Origin: a virus
Strand: one strand, 5' to 3'
Virus record (IMG/VR): IMGVR_UViG_3300026382_000009
Location: 1 to 64,000 of that record
Length of the DNA: 64,000 nt
The translations under genes and the position numbers were made by a program. A model generated the notes under the pieces. The model was given only the letters and a program-made list of their open reading frames with translations, was not told where the DNA came from and made no database searches. Positions 9,118-16,102 of this stretch are shown piece by piece (the stretch's first letter is position 1; each line of letters begins with the position of its first letter).

Positions 9118-9564
9118 CTAAAAAAAAGCATGAACAAACACAGGCTTTTTCCCTAATCCAGTTTTTTCATCAAGTTGAAATCCAATAATAGTCCCAGTTT
9201 TTCTATCAAGTAACACAAAAAATTCTTTTCCATTCTTTTTCATTGTTGACCAAAGGGGATTTTTATCTTTTATATCTTTTATATTTTTAATTAACTCTTC
9301 AACTTCGCTTCTTGATACCAAATCAAAAACATTTAATCCTTCATTTTTATTTTCTTTAATTTGATTTAAAAATTCTTTAACCATTTTTTCTTCTACAGCT
9401 TCTATATCTTTTATACTGAATTCATATTCTTCACCATCTTCATCTGATGCCCATATAACATCACCATCAATTCTTTCAACATGATACCATCTACCATTCA
9501 CTAAAATCATAACACCTACTTTTACATCTTTCTTTTTAATTGCTTCAATAATTTCTTTAATCAT
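9118..9564 (-). CDS. Hypothetical protein with SH3/KOW-like domain; possible internal head protein
   Basis: VKVGVMILVNGRWYHV; N-terminal MIKEIIEAIK and internal MVKEFLNQIKE. Confidence 0.55.
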   Translation of the reverse strand: MIKEIIEAIKKKDVKVGVMILVNGRWYHVERIDGDVIWASDEDGEEYEFSIKDIEAVEEKMVKEFLNQIKENKNEGLNVFDLVSRSEVEELIKNIKDIKDKNPLWSTMKKNGKEFFVLLDRKTGTIIGFQLDEKTGLGKKPVFVHAFF

Positions 9565-10325
9565 ATTTTTCCTTTCTTTTTAATTTTTCTAATAATCTTC
9601 ATGTTATTCAATACACGTTTATAATATTTAATATTATTATATCCTCCATTATATTTACTTATAGTTATAAACCATGGATTTTTAAATCTCTTTTTTAATG
9701 CATGTTCATAATTATAAATAAGATAAAATGTAGAAACTTTGATGTTGAATTTCACATCACTTAAAAGTAATTGTGCCAACCGTAAATCTTTATAATAATA
9801 CTTTTTAAATGGTTTGAATTTTAATTTATTATATTTTAATTCTCTTTTTATCCATTTTAAAACTTTTTTATTTCTTTTTTGATTGCCTATATGTAATCTT
9901 ATTCTTTTCTTATATTTATTTTTAAGATAAGAAAAATATCTAATATTTTGTAAATAATTACTATATTCTTTAAACGCATATTTATTTTCGTGAATAAAAT
10001 GTAAATATTTTTTAAATTCTTTTGGATATTTAGAAATTATAAAAATTGCTGTTTCTAATTTAATTTGTCCAACACCTAATGATTTTAATATAAATGGTTT
10101 TTCTTTTCCATTCAAATAATTATCACCAACTAAATATTTACCAGCAGAACTTTCTGTCAAAATAATAGCACAAACTGTATCATTAAAAACATGTCCATTT
10201 TTAGCTTTATACTTAGATGCTTCTTTATATGCAATTTTCAATATATTTAACTGATTTTTATCTAATGCATTTAAAATGTTGAAAGAATTAAAAATTATCA
10301 TCATTATGATAATTAAATTTTTCAT
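9561..10325 (-). CDS. Lytic transglycosylase (SLT/lysozyme-like) with signal peptide
   Basis: AIILTESSAG catalytic Glu, GVGQI, NIKVSTFYL, KYNGG; hydrophobic N-terminus ending LNA. Confidence 0.75.
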   Translation of the reverse strand: MKNLIIIMMIIFNSFNILNALDKNQLNILKIAYKEASKYKAKNGHVFNDTVCAIILTESSAGKYLVGDNYLNGKEKPFILKSLGVGQIKLETAIFIISKYPKEFKKYLHFIHENKYAFKEYSNYLQNIRYFSYLKNKYKKRIRLHIGNQKRNKKVLKWIKRELKYNKLKFKPFKKYYYKDLRLAQLLLSDVKFNIKVSTFYLIYNYEHALKKRFKNPWFITISKYNGGYNNIKYYKRVLNNMKIIRKIKKKGKI

Positions 10326-10369
10326 TATACCACCTTAACATATATCAACTTTACAAAGCTAATTCTATT

Positions 10370-10555
10370 TTAAATTAATTTTGTAAAATTATTATTTTTA
10401 TATTTTACTTTACGTGTATATTTTTTCTTACTTTTAATTTTTCTAGTAGAGAGACTAATCTCTCTACGAATGTGTCTTTGTATATTTTTATCTCTTCTTT
10501 TGTATTTTAATTCTTTAAGTTCTTTTTTAATTTGATTAAGAGTCTTCTTTTTCAT
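10370..10555 (-). CDS. Small very basic protein
   Basis: 61 aa K/R-rich, TRKIKSKKKYTRKVKYK; AAGGA RBS. Confidence 0.65.
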   Translation of the reverse strand: MKKKTLNQIKKELKELKYKRRDKNIQRHIRREISLSTRKIKSKKKYTRKVKYKNNNFTKLI

Positions 10556-10565
10556 TTATTTCCTT

Positions 10566-10805
10566 TTAATCTAAAGACCACCCATTCCTCATAACAACAC
10601 AATCACCAACTTTGATATTTTCATAACCAGCTTTTTCCAAAGCTTTTAAAAGCTCTTCATCTACTTTTGCTTTCACTTCACCACCAAAAGGATAATTTCC
10701 ACCTATACGTCTTTTTTTGTCTAGCATCATATCAAAAATTTCTTCATTATAACTTAATGAATAAACTTTTTTACATTTGACTGATTCTATTACTTCTTTT
10801 ATCAT
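10566..10805 (-). CDS. Hypothetical protein
   Basis: AAGGA RBS; N-terminus MIKEVIESVK. Confidence 0.65.
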   Translation of the reverse strand: MIKEVIESVKCKKVYSLSYNEEIFDMMLDKKRRIGGNYPFGGEVKAKVDEELLKALEKAGYENIKVGDCVVMRNGWSLD

Positions 10806-10835
10806 ACCAAATCCTTTCTATTTTTTATTTTTATA

Positions 10836-10864
10836 ATTATAACAAATTTCTTTCAAAAAGTAAA
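10836..10864 (-). promoter_or_regulatory. Sigma70-type early promoter
   Basis: TTTACT-17 nt-TATAAT with TG. Confidence 0.75.
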
Positions 10865-11092
10865 ATATTCTTTTATTATTATCAATGTTTTTCTTGAAAT
10901 TTCTTTAAAATCAGAAAATATTCTTTCAAATTCTTTAACAACCAAAATATAAAATGGTAATTGAATAATAAAACCAATAACATACAAAACAAAAAATATG
11001 ATTTCTAAAATTCCTCTTAAAAATCTTTTTCCAATTTTAAAAGTTTTAAAACTAACTTCTCTAATACTGCCAGGTTCTTTTTCAAATTTCAT
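10853..11092 (-). CDS. Small membrane protein
   Basis: Hydrophobic stretch IIFFVLYVIGFIIQLPFYILVV; GGAGG RBS. Confidence 0.6.
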   Translation of the reverse strand: MKFEKEPGSIREVSFKTFKIGKRFLRGILEIIFFVLYVIGFIIQLPFYILVVKEFERIFSDFKEISRKTLIIIKEYFTF

Positions 11093-12630
11093 TCATTTCC
11101 TCCATATACTTTCAAATATTCATCATAAAATTTCCAAACACATTTTGGTGTATTTTTCTTAAAATATTTTTCATCATAAATATTTTCTATTATTTTTGTT
11201 GCAGAAATAGAATTATCATCTCTTGGAATTTCAATAATATGTATATCACTTCCTATTTTTTCAATTTGTTCTTGATATGCAACAACTCTATCAGATCCTG
11301 TAACTATCCCACCAATAATTATTGGAAGAGCTTTATCAATAATTGTCACAATATTTGCACTTCTAGTTTCAACTATTTTTATAATACCATTTTCAATTTC
11401 TTTTTTATAACATTCTTCAATTACTTTTCTTCTTAGTTGAAGAGTTTTTAATGTATCTTTATTAGAAGTTATTGCTATAACAACACCATTATATTTTTGA
11501 AGAGCTTTATCAATTATTTTTTTATGAGCATTTGTAAAAATTCTAAATTTACCTATTACTAATGCATATTTATCTGCAAACATTTTTATAAGTTCTAATT
11601 TTAATGTCAAAAAAATATCATCTTTTATCATTTCCCATGATTTTTTTGAATGTTTAATATAATCTTTAGGAATTTTCTTTATTAAATTTGATGCCTTTAA
11701 TAAAACTCTTCTAAAGTCAACTGCATCTTTGTTTGATACGTTTAATTCTTTAATAAGTTCTTTTACTAATTTTTTTATTTCAGCCCAATAAAGTGATTCT
11801 AAAAATGGATCTGCTCTGTATTTTTGTTTGATTTTTTCTCTTTCTTCTTTTGATAATTGATATTCTTGTTGAATTTTTAAAGGAGGAAATTGACTGTTCC
11901 AAAATATAAAACCTTCAGGTTTTCCACCAAATACTGATTCTACAGAAAGAAATGTATTATTTAAAACCTTCCAATAAAGTTCTATGTCATTTTCAGAGTT
12001 TTTCAATTTTTCTAAATTATTTTCAACAACCTTAAAAAGTTCCTCGTATTTTATACCTTTCAATAATTCTTTTGTTGGATAAAGAATACCTTTAAAAACA
12101 ATAGGTGGAACTTGAATTCCCATTTTCTTTGCTAATTCAGCACGTTCATCAAAATCAAAATTAAATTCTATATTAGAAGTTATTAACATTCCATTTTTTA
12201 TTTTATAAGAAGTTTTTCCATAAGAAAGTAAAATAAGATTATAAAGATTACTGTATTGACTCATTAATGTTGGTTTTTTAATAAGATATTCGCAAAAAAA
12301 TTGATAGCCTTTAGGAAGAATATCTACATTGATATTTTTCAAAATATCAAATATAAATTTAAACTGAGAACTTCCTATAGATTTCTTAATTTCTTCATCT
12401 GAATTATAACCAAATTCTTCAGGATAAATAATATTTCCTTTATATGCAACTATCCAATTTTCAGTAAATGATTTATCAGAACTAGCATCTTCTTTTAATA
12501 TCAAAGTAACTTTTACTCCATCAAGCTTTTCTTCAACAATTTGATATGTTTCAAGAAAAGTTAAAAGTTTTCTTTTATCTTTTAAAACATTTTTCGCTGA
12601 TTTTACAGACACATCGATATAATTTTTCAT
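11089..12630 (-). CDS. Fusion of ATP-dependent ligase-like adenylation domain and HIGH-superfamily nucleotidyltransferase
   Basis: EEKLDG (motif I), FCEYL, PEGFIF, PLKIQ; C-terminal GKFRIFTNAH, GSDR, ISATKI. Confidence 0.7.
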   Translation of the reverse strand: MKNYIDVSVKSAKNVLKDKRKLLTFLETYQIVEEKLDGVKVTLILKEDASSDKSFTENWIVAYKGNIIYPEEFGYNSDEEIKKSIGSSQFKFIFDILKNINVDILPKGYQFFCEYLIKKPTLMSQYSNLYNLILLSYGKTSYKIKNGMLITSNIEFNFDFDERAELAKKMGIQVPPIVFKGILYPTKELLKGIKYEELFKVVENNLEKLKNSENDIELYWKVLNNTFLSVESVFGGKPEGFIFWNSQFPPLKIQQEYQLSKEEREKIKQKYRADPFLESLYWAEIKKLVKELIKELNVSNKDAVDFRRVLLKASNLIKKIPKDYIKHSKKSWEMIKDDIFLTLKLELIKMFADKYALVIGKFRIFTNAHKKIIDKALQKYNGVVIAITSNKDTLKTLQLRRKVIEECYKKEIENGIIKIVETRSANIVTIIDKALPIIIGGIVTGSDRVVAYQEQIEKIGSDIHIIEIPRDDNSISATKIIENIYDEKYFKKNTPKCVWKFYDEYLKVYGGNE

Positions 12631-12638
12631 AATTTTCC

Positions 12639-13577
12639 TTACTTATCGATAATTTTACAAATCTTAATTTTTCCTTGAGTAATAGCATCTATTTCTACTG
12701 GTGCTAAATTTTCAAAATAATACAATTTACCAATTTCACTTTTTGGTGATCTTTGTCCAACAATCATTATGTATGGCATCTTTTCTTTTCTAACAATATC
12801 ATTTATTTTTTTAAGTATTTTTGAATATGTTAAAACATCCATTTTTTCAAAATATCTCTTTAGGTTATTAATTGTTGAAATATCTTGTAAATTACCCAAT
12901 TTTTCACTATCATAATATATATTTAAAAAGTTATCTATTTCTACATTTAAAAATTTTTTATCTATTGCAATTCTTTTTTCATTACTCTTTGCTAATGTAA
13001 GCCACTTTGTCAACTCACCTTTATTTATTGCCTTTTTTATTTGATCAGGTGGAAATGTTTTTGGATCTAATAAACTCATTGTTTTTATATATTTTACAAT
13101 ATCTTCATAAGCACTATTAAGAGCTTCTTTCATAAATGTTCCAAACCTAAAATTTTTTAATTTATTTCCACTTTTAAATACTTCTTTTAGTTCTGCATAT
13201 TCATCACCAAATATTATATCAAATGGATTATTATTACGAGAAATAGTTATTTTTTGATGAAGAATGGCTAATAAAATTTCTCCATGTCCTATTTCTTTTC
13301 CAATTACATTCATTAACTTGATAATAACATCTTCATATTTAGGATAAATGTTTTTGTTATAATAATTTACAAATTGTTTTAAATTTTGTTTTTTCTCTGT
13401 AAGCATTGGAGGGAGATCATTGACAGAAATTTTTAATTTTTTAGCTACTATTTTTCTTAATTTCTGTTTATCTTCCAACAAATCAGACTCTGCTAATTTT
13501 ACTTGATCTGGAGATAAAAAAATCTCATCAACATTTGATTCTTCTATCTTTTTAAGTGCTTCTCTTATATAGCTCAT
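12639..13577 (-). CDS. Hypothetical protein, possible PD-(D/E)xK nuclease fold
   Basis: GHGEILL...FDIIFGDEYAELKE (D...ExK); N-terminus MSYIREALKKIEE. Confidence 0.45.
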   Translation of the reverse strand: MSYIREALKKIEESNVDEIFLSPDQVKLAESDLLEDKQKLRKIVAKKLKISVNDLPPMLTEKKQNLKQFVNYYNKNIYPKYEDVIIKLMNVIGKEIGHGEILLAILHQKITISRNNNPFDIIFGDEYAELKEVFKSGNKLKNFRFGTFMKEALNSAYEDIVKYIKTMSLLDPKTFPPDQIKKAINKGELTKWLTLAKSNEKRIAIDKKFLNVEIDNFLNIYYDSEKLGNLQDISTINNLKRYFEKMDVLTYSKILKKINDIVRKEKMPYIMIVGQRSPKSEIGKLYYFENLAPVEIDAITQGKIKICKIIDK

Positions 13578-13608
13578 TAAAAATCCTTATTTTTATTTAT
13601 TTATTAAA

Positions 13609-14802
13609 TTATTTAAACATTTTATTTGTTTTTCTTAAACCGTATTTTTTATAATAAGAATCTATCTTAGATAACCATTTTTCATATTCATTTTTCAAAA
13701 AAGAAAATTCTTTTAATAAATAATTTACTGAATTAATTTTTATTTGATAATCAAGTTCAGGATTATCTCTTTCTAATTCTTGTGCAATATTTTTTTCATC
13801 ATTATCCCAAAGAAGCTCTAAAAATCTGTAAAATGCTAACTTATTTTTTTCTTCATCAAAATATTTTTTCATTAATTTTATAAGTCCCATAAATGACCAA
13901 AAATTATTTATATCTTCATCATTTGGTTTAATTCCAAAAATCATTTCAAATATTTTATCTATATCAGTGTAATATATGCTTTCATCTGTTTTTAATTTTC
14001 TATAAACAAATTTACCATCTTTTTGAACATGTTTTCCATCGCAAATTAAAGGCTCATAAGCAATTCTAATACCTCTTGAAACACTAAATTTTAATAAATG
14101 ATTATCGCGTTTTTTAGATTTTGAAATTTTCTTTTCCCAATTTTCACAATTTGCTGAAGGTGTTACAAAAATAGCATTATCTGTGTATGATGATGCATAC
14201 GCTAAACTTCTTAATAAAATTTTATGAAATACAGCTTTTACACCTATTTTTAAATCTTCAATAGACGCACAATGACTAAATTTACTCCACATTGTTGGAA
14301 TATATTCTTTTTTATTTATTATGTTTTTTTCTTCAAACTCAACAAATCTGAAATCAACTTGAACATAAATACATTTGTCTTTTTTGTAATAATATTCAAA
14401 TAAAGCATTTATTTGTTCACCGATACTAGAAATACTAGGTTTATTATTTCCTATGTATGTAAAATTTTCTATCTGTTTATTTTCAATATTTTCAAGAAAT
14501 TCCCAAAGTTTTTCTTTTAAATTTTTAGGAACCATAATATCTATATCACCAATAAAAGGTTTCAATTCTAAAATATTCGAAGAAACATCATTTTTCATTA
14601 AAAGACTTGCTGATCCGTCAAAAACATATCCATCATCTATTATTCTTTTAGTTTTCCAAATATATTCTCCATTTTGTTTAAAAAATAATTCATCTAATTT
14701 ATAAAATAATTTTTTGAAATCCCTTTGAAATTTTTTAAGACCTAATTCTTTTACAGGTATTTTTTGCGCCTTAAATCCTTTAACTCCTAAATTTCCACCC
14801 AT
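13609..14802 (-). CDS. Pol-beta superfamily nucleotidyltransferase
   Basis: FDGSA...GDIDI...VQVDF (GS, DxD, third D). Confidence 0.7.
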   Translation of the reverse strand: MGGNLGVKGFKAQKIPVKELGLKKFQRDFKKLFYKLDELFFKQNGEYIWKTKRIIDDGYVFDGSASLLMKNDVSSNILELKPFIGDIDIMVPKNLKEKLWEFLENIENKQIENFTYIGNNKPSISSIGEQINALFEYYYKKDKCIYVQVDFRFVEFEEKNIINKKEYIPTMWSKFSHCASIEDLKIGVKAVFHKILLRSLAYASSYTDNAIFVTPSANCENWEKKISKSKKRDNHLLKFSVSRGIRIAYEPLICDGKHVQKDGKFVYRKLKTDESIYYTDIDKIFEMIFGIKPNDEDINNFWSFMGLIKLMKKYFDEEKNKLAFYRFLELLWDNDEKNIAQELERDNPELDYQIKINSVNYLLKEFSFLKNEYEKWLSKIDSYYKKYGLRKTNKMFK

Positions 14803-14803
14803 T

Positions 14804-15256
14804 TTAACCCCTTTTAAGATTTTTAAACCATTCCTGTTCCCATAATTGATTATATGAAACAGCCATTTCTTCTCTGCTTTGTCTTTCTTTTTTAAATTTT
14901 CTTATTATATCATGTATAGATGAAACTACTATTGTTGTAAAAAATCCATGTGCTCCAACCCATTCTTTTTCATCTTTTAAAATTTTTTTACCATTTTTTT
15001 GATAATAATTTTTTTGAGTCATTTTTGGATTAAACTTATACCAATGCTTTACAAATTTCTCATAAGCTAAACCTCGAAATTCATCTTTCCATTCAGGTGA
15101 ATAACCTGAATATTTTCTTGATGTTAATGTATGTTCTAATACATCTAAAAAAGCTTTCACTACTTCGTCAGATGGATTTTTTCGTTTTCCTTCAAGCCTT
15201 TCTTTACTTTCTTTAATAAGTAATTTTGTTATTTCTTTATCATTAAAATATTCCAT
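14804..15256 (-). CDS. Late-transcription sigma factor (T4 gp55-like)
   Basis: YSGYSPEWKDEF...FNP...AHGFFTTIV...IRKFKKE matches the gp55 pattern FSGYTQSWKQEM...HAYITQAC...IKKE. Confidence 0.85.
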   Translation of the reverse strand: MEYFNDKEITKLLIKESKERLEGKRKNPSDEVVKAFLDVLEHTLTSRKYSGYSPEWKDEFRGLAYEKFVKHWYKFNPKMTQKNYYQKNGKKILKDEKEWVGAHGFFTTIVVSSIHDIIRKFKKERQSREEMAVSYNQLWEQEWFKNLKRG

Positions 15257-15330
15257 TTTAATTTCCTTTTCATTGTGATTACAAATTGTTTATTATAAAA
15301 TTATTAATTATAAAATTTGTAAATACATCA

Positions 15331-15430
15331 ATTTACTTATTCGGGCCTCTCTGGTGAAAAAATTATAATTTGAAATAAAAATATATTTCAAATTTGTAAA
15401 AGCCTCTCAGAGAGGCCCTGATAAATAAAT
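15331..15430 (-). repeat. Long inverted repeat (leader stem-loop C), homologous to 17-126
   Basis: ATTTACTTATTCGGGCCTCTCTG / CAGAGAGGCCCTGATAAATAAAT plus inner AATTTGAAATA/TATTTCAAATT stem. Confidence 0.85.
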
Positions 15431-15446
15431 TATCAAAACCAATATA

Positions 15447-15475
15447 ATTATAACATGTTTTTGCTAAAAAGTAAA
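15447..15475 (-). promoter_or_regulatory. Sigma70-type promoter upstream of gp55
   Basis: TTTACT-17 nt-TATAAT; spacer end AAAAACATGT identical to promoter 141-169. Confidence 0.8.
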
Positions 15476-15567
15476 ATTATAATCAATAATTTTTTTCCTT
15501 TAATAAAAATTATCATTTAATTTAATTCACTCATCTGACTAAAATACATTGTTGTATTTTTTTAATA

Positions 15568-16077
15568 TTAATAATATTCAAATTCAAAATTTATTTTTTT
15601 AGCTAATTTTTCTAATTGCTTAGTCAATTTGCCACTTTTTGGATATTCTACATTTTTGTTAAATTTTTCTTTTATTATTTTTTTAAATTTATTAAAACTT
15701 GATTTTTTTATTTTTTTAGGTTTCCATTCAGACGGATGCACAACTTGATCTTTAAAATTGTTTTTGTTTTTATATTTTTTTATATATATAGAAATTTTTT
15801 TTAAAACATTTTCTAATTCAATTTCTTCTTTGTATTTTTTAGATGAACGTAAAAATTGATTTTCTATTTTTCCTAATAAAATGTTACAATCAGAGCATAT
15901 CACTCCTCTTATTAACTTGTATGTTTCAGGATAAAGAGATTTGTGAGAACTATGAATATGATCTACAACAGCTTCTGAAAAATCAATTGTTCTCCCACAA
16001 ATCTCACATTTAAAATTGTTTTCTTTTAATTTTTTTTCTCTAAACGATTTTAATTCAGACTTTTTTAAAAATTTCAT
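15568..16077 (-). CDS. Recombination endonuclease VII (gp49-like)
   Basis: CEIC, VVDHIH, IRGVICSDCNILLGKIEN. Confidence 0.9.
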   Translation of the reverse strand: MKFLKKSELKSFREKKLKENNFKCEICGRTIDFSEAVVDHIHSSHKSLYPETYKLIRGVICSDCNILLGKIENQFLRSSKKYKEEIELENVLKKISIYIKKYKNKNNFKDQVVHPSEWKPKKIKKSSFNKFKKIIKEKFNKNVEYPKSGKLTKQLEKLAKKINFEFEYY

Positions 16078-16102
16078 TTTTTGACTTTATTTGTATATTT
16101 TT

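Noticed and set aside
13585-13608. T4-type late promoter (TATAAATA/TAAATA) candidates here and near 36490
   Set aside because: Indistinguishable from background in such AT-rich DNA without a statistical test
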